A stretch of DNA of 64,000 bases, taken from the NCBI GenBank assembly GCA_041751455.1, contig JBGSXK010000217.1:69526-133525 (forward strand). The letters are read 5' to 3'. The translations under genes were made by a program, and so were the position numbers. The notes beneath the pieces are model-generated. The model ran no database searches and had not been told where the DNA came from. It was given only the letters and a program-made list of their open reading frames with translations. How positions within the stretch are numbered: the first letter of the stretch is position 1; every line of letters starts with the position of its first letter. Origin of the DNA: Anaerolineae bacterium. Its GTDB lineage: Bacteria > Chloroflexota > Anaerolineae > Aggregatilineales > Phototrophicaceae. This document shows positions 47,551 through 56,818 of this stretch, in pieces.

Positions 47551-48504
47551 CTAATTTCCGTAAAAGACCCAGCGGTTCGACGTGCGCACCGTAATCATCG
47601 ACATGGCAAAGATAATCACGAACAGAATCCAGGCCAGTGCCGAGGCATAGCCCATTTGCGGTGGCAGATAGCCAAAAGCATTATCATACAGATAAAGCAT
47701 GTAGAAGCGGGTGCTGTTCAGGGGGCCGCCGCCGGTCATAATCAGGGCCTGCGTGAACACCTGGAAGGCATTGATGATGCCGATAATCACATTAAAGAAG
47801 ATGGTCGGGGTCATCAACGGCAGCGTGATGCCGCGCAAGCGCTGCCAGCCGTTCGCCCCGTCAATTTTGGCCGCGTCGTAATAATCCTCCGGGATGCCCT
47901 GCAAACCCGCCAGAAAAATAATCATCGTTGTGCCCACCCACCAACTGCTCATCACCAGCAGCCCCAGCATGGCCGTATCCGGGCTGGTCAGCCACCGCAG
48001 ACGCGGCACCCCAAATAAGCCCAGAAACCAGTTCAGCAGCCCAAAACGTGGGTTAAGAACATACATCCACAGGATTGTCGTGGCCACAATCGGCACGATG
48101 GACGGCAGATAAAACAGGGTTCGCCACAAGGCCAGGAAGCGAATCTTTGCGTTCAGCAGCAGCGCCAGCCCAAAGCCCAGCACAATACGAATCGCTACCG
48201 AACCGACGACATAAACCCCCGTATTTTTGAGCGACAGCCAGAATAAATCATCATTGGTAAACGCCCGCACATAATTTTCCAGCCCGACCCAGCGCCCCGG
48301 TTGTAAAATGGAATAGTTGGTAAAGCTCAGAATAAAGGAGGCCACAAACGGCCCCGCTGTGAAAATCACCAGACCGATTAACCAGGGAAGGATAAAGAGA
48401 TAACCATAGATAGCCTCACGGCGGCGGCCAGGCGAAAGCTCTTTAAACGGATTGAAGATCCATCTTCTGCTGCTGGCAAGCGGTTGTACGGTTGCTGAGG
48501 ACAT
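47551..48504 (-). CDS. Sugar ABC transporter permease (MalF-like)
   Basis: EAA loop YYDAAKIDGANGWQRLRGITLPL. Confidence 0.85.
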   Translation of the reverse strand: MSSATVQPLASSRRWIFNPFKELSPGRRREAIYGYLFILPWLIGLVIFTAGPFVASFILSFTNYSILQPGRWVGLENYVRAFTNDDLFWLSLKNTGVYVVGSVAIRIVLGFGLALLLNAKIRFLALWRTLFYLPSIVPIVATTILWMYVLNPRFGLLNWFLGLFGVPRLRWLTSPDTAMLGLLVMSSWWVGTTMIIFLAGLQGIPEDYYDAAKIDGANGWQRLRGITLPLMTPTIFFNVIIGIINAFQVFTQALIMTGGGPLNSTRFYMLYLYDNAFGYLPPQMGYASALAWILFVIIFAMSMITVRTSNRWVFYGN

Positions 48505-48555
48505 AAGAAGCCGTTCCTATTGTAATTGGACTCACCACAGGGGCAGGGAGTAAAG

Positions 48556-48631
48556 GTGAGGGCAGGCCGGACCCACCCTCACTGTAAACTCCGTTCAAAG
48601 TGCCGCGTAAGCATTCATCCCTGCGCGGCAC
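48556..48631 (-). promoter_or_regulatory. Two intercistronic hairpins after the SBP gene
   Basis: GTGAGGG (48556-48562) pairs with CCCTCAC (48576-48582). GTGCCGCG (48600-48607) pairs with CGCGGCAC (48624-48631). Both lie between the SBP stop and the first permease start. Confidence 0.5.
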
Positions 48632-48645
48632 CCGAAAGCACAGCT

Positions 48646-49983
48646 TTATTGGTTATCCAGCTCTGCCCAGAAAGCGTCCAGTTGGGCTTGTGCCGCTGCC
48701 GCGCCATCAGCCAGCGCCTGCTCTGCCGACTTCACCCCAAACAGCGCTTCTTCCTGCATGTTCATGATGACCTGGTTCAACTGCGGCTGAATCGGGGCGA
48801 TAGGTACCCACTGGTCATGCGACATCACATCCAGGATTTCAGCGGCGCGCGGGTGCGTCACACCATCCAGCAGATAACCATCGCATTCCGTCAGCGGTGA
48901 GGGGCGCTGCTGCTGTTGGATAAACCAGCACGCGCCTTCGCTTTCGGTTTCCACCGTCAGCCATTGAGTCAGCAGCCACGCGGCCTCGCGCTCTGCGTCC
49001 GACATATTGTCATTACGTGGAATGGTATACCCCCACCCGCCCCACGCTGTCCCACGGACATCTGGGCTGCCGCTGGGGCCGTAAGGCAGCGGCGCGATGC
49101 CGAACTCAATATCGGGCGAGTAATCCTGAATCAGGAACAGTGCCCAGGAGCCGTTAAACGTCGCCGCCTCATAGTTGTTATAGAAGGGGCCGTTTTCCCA
49201 CTCCCCGGTCTGCGAATAGAAAGCGCTCACTTCCTCAATGCCGCCGTTGATTTCGTTGGTGTAGTCCACCATGAATTCCAGCGTTTCGCGTCCTTCCGGG
49301 CTGTCAAAGAGGATCGTGCGGCCATCTTCGCTCAGCCAGTCGCCGCCGTTATTGGTCAGCCACACAATAAACGCCGGGGTCTCGCCGCCTGTGCTCGCCA
49401 CATTCACACCTACACGGTCAAGGAAACCGTCATCGATGATCGTCAGCGCCCGGCCAGCCTCTTTCAGCTCATCCCACGTCTGCGGCGGGTTTTCCGGGTC
49501 CAGCCCGGCTTCCTCGAACATTGTCTTGTTGTACCACATAATATTCAGCGCGCCGCCGGTAGGCTGCGGCAGAATCCAGGTTTGGCCGTTGTACTGTGTC
49601 CCCAGCCACTCTGATGGCAGGAAGGTTTCAGAGGTCACACCGTCAGCCTCCATAAACGCATCCAGCGGAGTCAGCGCGTTCTGAATCACAAAGCTCGGCA
49701 AATCTTGCCGGCCCATCATCGTCACATGCGGCGGATCACCTGCCGCCACAGAAGTCAGCAGGGTTTCCAGGCGCTGCTCCCACGGTTGCAGCGTCATATT
49801 CACCGTGATCCACGGATAAGCTTCCTGGAACGAAGTCACCTGCTGCTCCATCAGTGGGACACGGTTGCCCCCCCAGTGATGCCAGAAATTAATCGAGACA
49901 GGCTCTCTGTCCTGCGCCATGCCCACCAGCGATACCGACAGCAGCACAGCCACCAGTGTTAAAAGAACAAATACTTTACGCAT
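48646..49983 (-). CDS. Extracellular solute-binding protein (sugar ABC, family 1)
   Basis: Signal peptide MRKVFVLLTLVAVLLSVSLVGMAQ. Family-1 SBP length and WHHWGG-type start. ATG 49983 lies 9 nt after GGAG. Confidence 0.8.
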   Translation of the reverse strand: MRKVFVLLTLVAVLLSVSLVGMAQDREPVSINFWHHWGGNRVPLMEQQVTSFQEAYPWITVNMTLQPWEQRLETLLTSVAAGDPPHVTMMGRQDLPSFVIQNALTPLDAFMEADGVTSETFLPSEWLGTQYNGQTWILPQPTGGALNIMWYNKTMFEEAGLDPENPPQTWDELKEAGRALTIIDDGFLDRVGVNVASTGGETPAFIVWLTNNGGDWLSEDGRTILFDSPEGRETLEFMVDYTNEINGGIEEVSAFYSQTGEWENGPFYNNYEAATFNGSWALFLIQDYSPDIEFGIAPLPYGPSGSPDVRGTAWGGWGYTIPRNDNMSDAEREAAWLLTQWLTVETESEGACWFIQQQQRPSPLTECDGYLLDGVTHPRAAEILDVMSHDQWVPIAPIQPQLNQVIMNMQEEALFGVKSAEQALADGAAAAQAQLDAFWAELDNQ

Positions 49984-50081
49984 TGCAAATAGCTCCATTC
50001 TGTAAATTTACGATGATCGTTTTGAAGAAGGTTTCTCTCTTTTTCCCGATAAACACCCCTCCATAGGTCTCCATACCTAAA

Positions 50082-51107
50082 TTAGCTCGACCCACGCACC
50101 ACAAGCTGTGTGGGGATCAACGTCAGCCAGTGATCGTGATCTGGCTCGGCAAGCATCAGGCACAGGCGGCGCGCAGCCACCCGTCCCATCATCTCCATAT
50201 CAAATTCAATTGAGGTCAGCGGTGGGTCGGTATAACGGGCATACTCATAACCATGAAAGCCAATCACGGCCACATCTTCCGGCACTCGCCGCCCGCTTTC
50301 CTTTAAAGCGCTCAGCCCGCCCAGCGCCGTCGTATCGTCAGAATATATAATGGCATCCAGTTCGGGCCGTTGTTGCAGCAGTTGCAGTGTCCCCTCATGG
50401 CCGAACTGCGCCCCGAACATGCCCCCGACAATCTGGTCAGGCTGAAATGGCAGGTCATGCAGATGCAGCGCTAACCGCAGCGCCTTGCTTTTTTCCAGGC
50501 TGGTATTGGTGCTGTTCGGGCCATTCACCAGCCCGATATGCCGCCTGCCCTGCCCGGCCAGATGCAGCACGGCCTGCTCGATGCCAGAGTGAATATCCGC
50601 CATGACACTGTTCGCTTGCAGCGGCAGCACATGCGACCCGGCGATCACAAACGGCATCCCCGCCTCTTGCAGCCAGCGGATAAAATCATGTTCGATCATG
50701 CCGCCCAGCAGAATCAGGCCGTCCAGAGCCGGGTCTTCCAGCAGTTCGTCCACTTCTCTGCGCGTCATCTGCACCCGGCGCACATAAGTAATCACATCCT
50801 GTTTTTCCAGCACGGTCTGGATACCGCGCGCCGCCAGGTATTCCACCCCGGAAAGTGAAGTCACCTGTGTCACATTGTTCTGCCGCGAAAGCAGCGCCAC
50901 TGACGAAGCAAAATTCGGTGTAGAGCGCAGATTCTCCAGCGGATACGCCAGCGCTTCCGCCGCCTCGCGCACAATCGAGCGCGTGTAATCGTCTACATGA
51001 GGATAATTATTGAGGACACGCGACACTGTCGAAGTAGAAACATTGGCCTGTTGGGCAATATCACGCAGTGTCACCCGTTTTTTAGAAGATATATTGTTGT
51101 TATGCAT
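50082..51107 (-). CDS. LacI-family transcriptional regulator
   Basis: HTH VTLRDIAQQANVSTSTVSRVLNN plus a sugar-binding-like domain. Confidence 0.9.
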   Translation of the reverse strand: MHNNNISSKKRVTLRDIAQQANVSTSTVSRVLNNYPHVDDYTRSIVREAAEALAYPLENLRSTPNFASSVALLSRQNNVTQVTSLSGVEYLAARGIQTVLEKQDVITYVRRVQMTRREVDELLEDPALDGLILLGGMIEHDFIRWLQEAGMPFVIAGSHVLPLQANSVMADIHSGIEQAVLHLAGQGRRHIGLVNGPNSTNTSLEKSKALRLALHLHDLPFQPDQIVGGMFGAQFGHEGTLQLLQQRPELDAIIYSDDTTALGGLSALKESGRRVPEDVAVIGFHGYEYARYTDPPLTSIEFDMEMMGRVAARRLCLMLAEPDHDHWLTLIPTQLVVRGSS

Positions 51108-51191
51108 AAGAATTTTAAAAGTAAACCGTACCCCAGTTTGCGTACAAACATAGCGCTTTTCTCAGACACAAGTCAATTCATTTCTGAGATA

Positions 51192-51210
51192 TTGCAACAT
51201 ACTTGCAACA
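51192..51210 (+). promoter_or_regulatory. Tandem direct repeat with 11-bp period (Pho-box-like, response-regulator site candidate)
   Basis: TTGCAACA occurs at 51192-51199 and again at 51203-51210, about 170 nt upstream of phnD. Confidence 0.3.
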
Positions 51211-51376
51211 CATAGGACGGTCTCCCGCGATCATCAGCTTAAGAATAATGCTGGTGGAAAAACATCTGCTCAGCACAACTTTTAGACGATGCAAGCCTAA
51301 CGCAGATTTAAATCTTTCTTAACATTCGCTTCTTATATTGTGCCTCGTCCGATATTCATCATCTAAAGGCGTAAAT

Positions 51377-52402
51377 ATGAAAAAACTATCCACATTTACT
51401 ATGCTGGTCGTGCTTGTCCTGCTCACTACCGTCAGCCTCGTCACGGCTCAGGCTGAGCTGGGGTCGCCCGACAATCCCATCCAGGTCTACTTCGTGCCCT
51501 CCGTCGAAGCCCAGACCATCACCACCGGCGGCGAAGTCATGGCCGCCGCCCTGGAAGAAGCCACCGGGCTGAGCTTTGAGGTCTTCGTGCCCACTTCCTA
51601 TGCCGCTACCGTCGAAGCCATGTGCGGCTCCCCCACCAACTCTATGGGCTTCATCCCGGCAGCAGGCTACGTCATCGCCAATAACCGCTGTGGGGTAGAA
51701 GTCGCTGCCGCTGCGGTACGTCGTGGTTGGCCTGTCTATTGGGCAGCATATATCGTCCGCCGTGACAGTGGTATTCATACCTTTGCCGACCTGGAAGGCC
51801 GCTCCTGGGCTTATCCTGATGCTGGCTCCACCTCTGGCTTTGTGTTCCCCTCGGTTGAATTCGCCAACGCGGATATTGAACCCGGTGAGCGCGTTGAGGC
51901 TGGCGGTCACAACCAGGTAGTGCTGGCCGTCTACAATGGTGAGGCCGACTTTGGGACAACCTTCTTTAGCCCTCCCACAACTCCCGGCGGCCCATGGAGT
52001 ATCGGCGACCTGCCCGAGCCGTACGACCTCACGGTTGAAGAGTCCTACATTGGTGAAGATGGCAACCTCTATGTAGGGGACATCCGCATTCTGGATGCGC
52101 GCGCCAACGTGCGTGAAACTGCACCCGACATCATTGAAGAGGTGAAGGTTCTGCGTCTCAGCGCCCCCATCCCCAATGATACGCTCAGCTTTGGGCCAGA
52201 CTTTCCCGAAGAACTGAGAACACAGATCATCGACGCGCTGATCGAGTTCTCGGCCACCGAAGCCTGGGCACAGTCTATCGGCAGCGAGGACTTCTATGGC
52301 TGGAGCAGCCTTGAGCCAATCACCGATGCGACCTACAACATTGTGCGCGGCCAGTTCCAGGTACTTGGCCTGACCGAAGCCGACGTTTTCGGCGAGGATT
52401 AG
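51377..52402 (+). CDS. phnD: Phosphonate/phosphite ABC transporter substrate-binding protein
   Basis: Signal peptide. PhnD-typical IQVYFVPS and DAGSTSGFVFP. ATG 51377 lies 7 nt after AAAGG. Confidence 0.8.
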   Translation: MKKLSTFTMLVVLVLLTTVSLVTAQAELGSPDNPIQVYFVPSVEAQTITTGGEVMAAALEEATGLSFEVFVPTSYAATVEAMCGSPTNSMGFIPAAGYVIANNRCGVEVAAAAVRRGWPVYWAAYIVRRDSGIHTFADLEGRSWAYPDAGSTSGFVFPSVEFANADIEPGERVEAGGHNQVVLAVYNGEADFGTTFFSPPTTPGGPWSIGDLPEPYDLTVEESYIGEDGNLYVGDIRILDARANVRETAPDIIEEVKVLRLSAPIPNDTLSFGPDFPEELRTQIIDALIEFSATEAWAQSIGSEDFYGWSSLEPITDATYNIVRGQFQVLGLTEADVFGED

Positions 52403-52478
52403 GCACGACCCCCTGCAAAATGGTATACTGTGGGCAGGGTGAAAATCCTGCCCATTGTCTCATAACATAGGAAACTCG

Positions 52479-53237
52479 ATGCTCAGGATAGAAAACCTCA
52501 CGAAGGTTTATGACAACGGCTTTAAAGCTCTGGATAACATCAGCCTGGATATTCCCGATGGCCAGTTTGTGGCCATTATCGGCCTCAGCGGCAGCGGTAA
52601 ATCGACCCTGCTGCGCTGCATCAACCGCCTCATCAAACCCACCGAAGGCCGCATCCTCTGGGATGGCCTTGATATTACAGCAGCCAATGACGAGGAAATG
52701 CGCCTCATTCGCCGTCAGATCGGCATGATCTTCCAGCAGTTCAATCTGGTCAAACGCTCCAGAGTGATTATCAATGTCCTCACGGGTCGCCTGGGTTATC
52801 TCAATCCGCTTTACAGCCTGCTCAATTATTTCCCCTCCAAGGATCGGGAAGATGCTCTGGCGAATCTTGATCGTGTCGGCATCCGCAATCAGGCCTATAA
52901 ACGTGCCAGTGAACTCAGCGGCGGGCAGCAGCAGCGTGTCGGCATCGCCCGCGCGCTGATGCAAAACCCCCGGTTGATGCTGGCCGATGAACCCGTGGCC
53001 AGCCTGGATCCAGCCACCTCCCACAGTGTCATGAAATACCTGGAACTGCTTAACAAAGAGGATGGCATTACCGTCTTGTGCAGCCTGCACTTTTTAAGCC
53101 TCGCCCGCACCTATGCAGATCGTGTCATCGCCTTAAAAGATGGTGTGGTACAGTTCGACGGTCTGCCCAAAGATATTGATGATGACCGTTTCAGAGAGAT
53201 TTATGGCGAGGATGCTGTCGAAGTATCTGTTTCGTGA
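52479..53237 (+). CDS. phnC: Phosphonate ABC transporter ATP-binding protein
   Basis: MLRIENLTKVYDNG..., GLSGSGKSTLLRCINRL, IGMIFQQFNLV, LSGGQQQRVGIARAL, LMLADEPVASLDP. Confidence 0.88.
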   Translation: MLRIENLTKVYDNGFKALDNISLDIPDGQFVAIIGLSGSGKSTLLRCINRLIKPTEGRILWDGLDITAANDEEMRLIRRQIGMIFQQFNLVKRSRVIINVLTGRLGYLNPLYSLLNYFPSKDREDALANLDRVGIRNQAYKRASELSGGQQQRVGIARALMQNPRLMLADEPVASLDPATSHSVMKYLELLNKEDGITVLCSLHFLSLARTYADRVIALKDGVVQFDGLPKDIDDDRFREIYGEDAVEVSVS

Positions 53238-53255
53238 GTTTGAGAGGGTAGTAAT

Positions 53256-55406
53256 TTGAAGCAGTCACCACCTTCATCGCAAGCTGCGCTCCGTCGTCTG
53301 CTGGTTGTTCTGGCGATTGCGGTGGGGTTAGGCATCTATTCTTACGGCTGGTCAGTCACGAATATCGACCTCAGTACCCCGCAGGAAGCCAGCCGCCAGC
53401 AGAACGTGACCAATGCCATGCGCGAACTGCTCTCCCCCCGCATCTTCGAGCAGGAACGCACGCAGGTCACACAGCGGTCAGACTTCCTCATCGGCTGCGA
53501 CGAAGGCCCAGCGCCCGCCGCTGCTGCCCCCCGTGAGGGCGAACCCTACATCATCATCGAGCCGACCTGCGGTGTGCCGGGTGATGTGGTTACTGTGACA
53601 GCCTATAACTTTGCGCCAGACTCACAGGCGGAGATTCGCTGGATTCCCGCAGAGGGCCAGAGCCGCCCGCGTGAAGTCCTCGGCACTCGCCAGACCTCCA
53701 TCATTATCAACACATTAGGCGGTTTTCAGGGGCAGGTTGAAGTGCCGCGCATCAGCGGCAGCATCGGTCAGACCCACGCGGTAGGCTTCGTGGCCAGTGT
53801 CCCCAGCGGCCCCGTCCAGTTCAGCGGCACAACTCACGAAGTGATCCGCCGCATGATCGAGACAATCTTCATGGCACTGGTGGCCACTTCCCTCTCAATC
53901 CCCATCGCGGCGGTACTCAGCTTCTTTGCCGCCCATAATCTGATGCGCCCTATTCGTATTCCTCTCGGCAACATGATGGTGGCGATTACCCTGCTGCCCA
54001 TCGGCTGGTGGCTCGGCAGCCTGCTGCTTGGCGCGCTGGGACGCTTCGCGGTGGATTTGGGCAGCGGTCAGTTGTTGGGCATCAGCGCTGTAAGCCTGCC
54101 CTTGATTTTTGTACTGGGGACGACCGTCGCCTCGCGCAGCCTGGGACAGGTCAATAATAATGATCCGGCTGCCCTGCTCCGTGGTATCACCCGGCTCCTG
54201 CTGACTGTGATTGCGGCCATACTGGTGATTGGCTTATTAGGCGGCCTGGGTGTTTTGGGTGGCGTAGGCTTGCAAAGCCTTGCCGATTCTTTCCGTCCTG
54301 CCCAGGTCAGTACTCTGGGCACCTGGCTCGTCAACGCCCTTGCCGATGGCATCAGCGGCTTTGGTTACATGATCGGCATCCTCGGCGGGTTAATCGACCT
54401 GTTTATCATCCCCATTAGCGGCATCCTGGGGGCGTTTGCCCTGTCCTCCGTCGTGGGCCGTGTCACAGTCCCCATGCTGCGCTATGCCAGTGTGCTGACC
54501 AGCCATGTATTAGGCGGCATCCTGGGCGCGCTCAGTGGTGCAATTGTGCTGGCCGCGGTGGCTGCGGTAGCGATGTCCGCCGCCCTGCTCAGTTTGATCA
54601 CGCCCTTTATCGCTGCCCTTATCGGCGGTCAGATCGTCAGTACGCTTTACAACCGCCTGCTCAGCAGCACCAGTCCCAGCACCCTACTGTGGCGCTCCGG
54701 CCAGCGTATTGTCGGGTGGGTGGGCACAGCGCTGGTATTTGTACTTGTCTTTCAATGGCTTAATACAGGCCGTGCCCTCGTCGATGGCATCCTGCCTTCA
54801 ACCCAGACTGTGAGCTTTCTGTTCCTGCAACTGCCGCCCTATATACTCGATGCCGCGCTGGTCGGATTATTGCTCGGTGCAGTCGGCGGAGCGCTGGCAA
54901 GCACCCATGCTAATTTTGTGTTGGGCGATGTGCTTTACAACATCACCCGCACCCTGCTCAATGCTACCCGCTCCATCGAGCCGCTGATTATGGGCCTGAT
55001 CTTCGTCATCTGGGTGGGCATCGGCCCGTTTGCCGGGGTGCTGGCGCTCACGCTCCACTCGATTGCTTCCCTCGGCAAGCTCTATTCCGAGCAGATCGAA
55101 ACCATCGACGAGGGGCCGATAGAAGCCCTCCGTGCCACAGGCGCGACTCACCTCCAGACCATTATCTACGCCGTAGTCCCACAGATCATCCCACCCTACA
55201 TCGCCTTTACCATGTATCGCTGGGATATCAACGTGCGCATGTCCACCATCATTGGTTTTGTAGGTGGCGGCGGCATTGGCCTGCTGCTCAACCAGCAGAT
55301 TAACCTGCTGCGCTATCGTGATGCGGGTGTCGCCGTGCTGGCGATTGCCATCGTCGTCTCCATCCTCGACTACGCCAGCGCCGCCATCCGTGAGCGGGTG
55401 GGCTAA
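53256..55406 (+). CDS. phnE: Phosphonate ABC permease with a ~450-aa N-terminal extension
   Basis: The C-terminal ~260 aa are PhnE-like (TRSIEPLIMGLIFVIWVG, IDEGPIEALRATGA, STIIGFVGGGGIG). The N-terminal part has a TM helix, a soluble Ig-like segment (YIIIEPTCGVPGDVVTVTAYNF) and many extra TM helices. TTG start. Confidence 0.75.
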   Translation: MKQSPPSSQAALRRLLVVLAIAVGLGIYSYGWSVTNIDLSTPQEASRQQNVTNAMRELLSPRIFEQERTQVTQRSDFLIGCDEGPAPAAAAPREGEPYIIIEPTCGVPGDVVTVTAYNFAPDSQAEIRWIPAEGQSRPREVLGTRQTSIIINTLGGFQGQVEVPRISGSIGQTHAVGFVASVPSGPVQFSGTTHEVIRRMIETIFMALVATSLSIPIAAVLSFFAAHNLMRPIRIPLGNMMVAITLLPIGWWLGSLLLGALGRFAVDLGSGQLLGISAVSLPLIFVLGTTVASRSLGQVNNNDPAALLRGITRLLLTVIAAILVIGLLGGLGVLGGVGLQSLADSFRPAQVSTLGTWLVNALADGISGFGYMIGILGGLIDLFIIPISGILGAFALSSVVGRVTVPMLRYASVLTSHVLGGILGALSGAIVLAAVAAVAMSAALLSLITPFIAALIGGQIVSTLYNRLLSSTSPSTLLWRSGQRIVGWVGTALVFVLVFQWLNTGRALVDGILPSTQTVSFLFLQLPPYILDAALVGLLLGAVGGALASTHANFVLGDVLYNITRTLLNATRSIEPLIMGLIFVIWVGIGPFAGVLALTLHSIASLGKLYSEQIETIDEGPIEALRATGATHLQTIIYAVVPQIIPPYIAFTMYRWDINVRMSTIIGFVGGGGIGLLLNQQINLLRYRDAGVAVLAIAIVVSILDYASAAIRERVG

Positions 55407-56365
55407 CCCTGCTCCGCAGCACCTTCACCGGGGCGGGTGTGCGCCCGTCCCGGTAATCTGATCTGTGGCAGCCGCGCATGGAACTGCACCAGCAAAATTC
55501 CTGCCCCCGCCAGCAGCAACCCCAACCCCACCTTAGGAGTCAGCGCTTCGCCCAGGAACAGCCACGCTAGCACCGGAATTTGAATCATCATCGTGTTATT
55601 GATAACGCTCGACTCCAGGGCCGAAAGCGTCCGCAGGCTGCGATTCCACAGCGTAAAAGCAAACGCCGTATTCACCACCGCCAGCCACACGACAATGACG
55701 ACGCTGGTCAGGCTCAGCGGAGGCAGCCCTTCCACCACCAGCCCGATACCCAGCAAGACCCCCGCCCCGATCCCCATGCTGATCGTCGTCACCAGCAGCG
55801 GCGGGATCGCCAGTGAGCGGTTCACTGCTCGCCCGATCACCGAGGCCAGCGCATTGCTCAGCACCCCACCCACCGTCACCAGCAGGCCAAAGCCCTGCTC
55901 CGCCGGGATATGCAGCGGATAGAAGTAGACCAGCACTCCGCACAGATACAACCCCACACCCATCCACTGCCGCTGTGAGGGATGTTCACGCAGGAGTGCC
56001 GCCCCCAGCAGCGCCACCGCCACCGCGCTGAAGCTCAGCAGCAGGCTGACCGTGATTGCGGGCAGATGTTGCAGGCCGACAAACTGCGCGCCCTGTGTGG
56101 CCGCGTAAAAGATCAGGCCCAGCGCGCTCAGTCGCAGCCAGTCCCGCCGTGAGAGTGGCTGTGCCATCTCATTGATCTTCACATGCCGCAGTGCAAACGG
56201 CAGCAGACACAGGAACGCCAGTACATACCGCAGCCCGGCAAATACCAGCGGCGGAATAGCTTCCTCAATGCCGAATTTGATAAAGACCCACGAGGTTGAC
56301 CACAGAAATGTGACCAGCAGCGCCTGGAACACGGCGCGTGTGTGGAGCAAGAGGTTTGTGAACAT
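55403..56365 (-). CDS. DMT-superfamily (EamA-like) transporter
   Basis: Ten-TM, two-repeat architecture. Motifs include LLVTFLWSTSWVFIK and TLWNRSLRTLSA. Confidence 0.8.
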   Translation of the reverse strand: MFTNLLLHTRAVFQALLVTFLWSTSWVFIKFGIEEAIPPLVFAGLRYVLAFLCLLPFALRHVKINEMAQPLSRRDWLRLSALGLIFYAATQGAQFVGLQHLPAITVSLLLSFSAVAVALLGAALLREHPSQRQWMGVGLYLCGVLVYFYPLHIPAEQGFGLLVTVGGVLSNALASVIGRAVNRSLAIPPLLVTTISMGIGAGVLLGIGLVVEGLPPLSLTSVVIVVWLAVVNTAFAFTLWNRSLRTLSALESSVINNTMMIQIPVLAWLFLGEALTPKVGLGLLLAGAGILLVQFHARLPQIRLPGRAHTRPGEGAAEQG

Positions 56366-56409
56366 ATCACACCTTTCAGATTAGCCAGCAGGCACGTTGA
56401 ACTAATCCA

Positions 56410-56515
56410 ACTTACCCCCTCTGGCGTTTTAATCCTCAAGGTGCGAGCCGCTGCTGCGGCCTTCTGCGGCGCTTGGACCAGTCCCGGTAACATTCCCGGC
56501 GGAACCCTAGCCGCC
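56410..56515 (-). promoter_or_regulatory. ykkC-family (guanidine-I-like) riboswitch candidate, atypical core
   Basis: The minus strand reads GGCUAGGGUUCCG-CCGG(gaauguua)CCGG-GACUGGUCCAAGCG-GCCGC...GCGGC-...GGAUUAAAACGCCAGAGGGG and ends ~45 nt before the DMT ATG. CUAGGGUUCCG and CUGGUCC match the remembered family consensus. GAGAG is replaced by AAGCG and the 3' domain is divergent. Confidence 0.5.
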
Positions 56516-56757
56516 CTTTGGTTGGGCACTTCTAATTTAGCATGTCTCTGGGGGGAAGTCTACAACCACCCTCACCCTGAACATCACGGTTGTTCGCGTA
56601 CAGCCGCCCTGCGCTGGCGAATCCGCGTCTGATCGTCGGCACTATAGCGCTCAAACGCCAGCGGAAGCTGGCTGTACTCGCTTGCCTGCCGGTAAATGCG
56701 GGTGCTGATTCCGCTGTATATAAACCATTTTCAAACATTTACCTGTTTCTGACCTGT

Positions 56758-56786
56758 TTTTCAGGCACTTGAATACGCGCTATACT
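56758..56786 (+). promoter_or_regulatory. Weak promoter candidate for the diol-dehydratase gene
   Basis: TTTTCA (56758-56763), a 17-nt spacer, then TATACT (56781-56786). AGGAAG lies 8 nt before ATG 56819. Confidence 0.3.
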
Positions 56787-56818
56787 CATCCACCACAGCC
56801 AGAAAGGAAGCCGCACCC

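Noticed and set aside
50002-50011. The palindrome GTAAATTTAC between the SBP gene and LacI gene of the second sugar locus, and the inverted repeats GTTTG..CAAAC (51137-51150) and TCTCAGA..TCTGAGA (51160-51189).
   Set aside because: They are AT-only or short-armed and not CG-centred like LacI operators. I have no second copy or conservation evidence. They are recorded only as possible sites.
56600-56720. A minus-strand frame reading ...LAFERYSADDQTRIRQ, reminiscent of the N-terminal YxRxSxxxQ motif of serine recombinases.
   Set aside because: The open frame is under 60 codons, has no start codon and has no further recombinase motifs. It is too short to distinguish from chance.
56580-56818. 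A possible cobalamin riboswitch upstream of the B12-dependent dehydratase.
   Set aside because: I could not find a B12-box-like element or the GGGAA/GGUG..AA.UCC core on either strand. B12 riboswitches also do not normally control B12-dependent enzymes.
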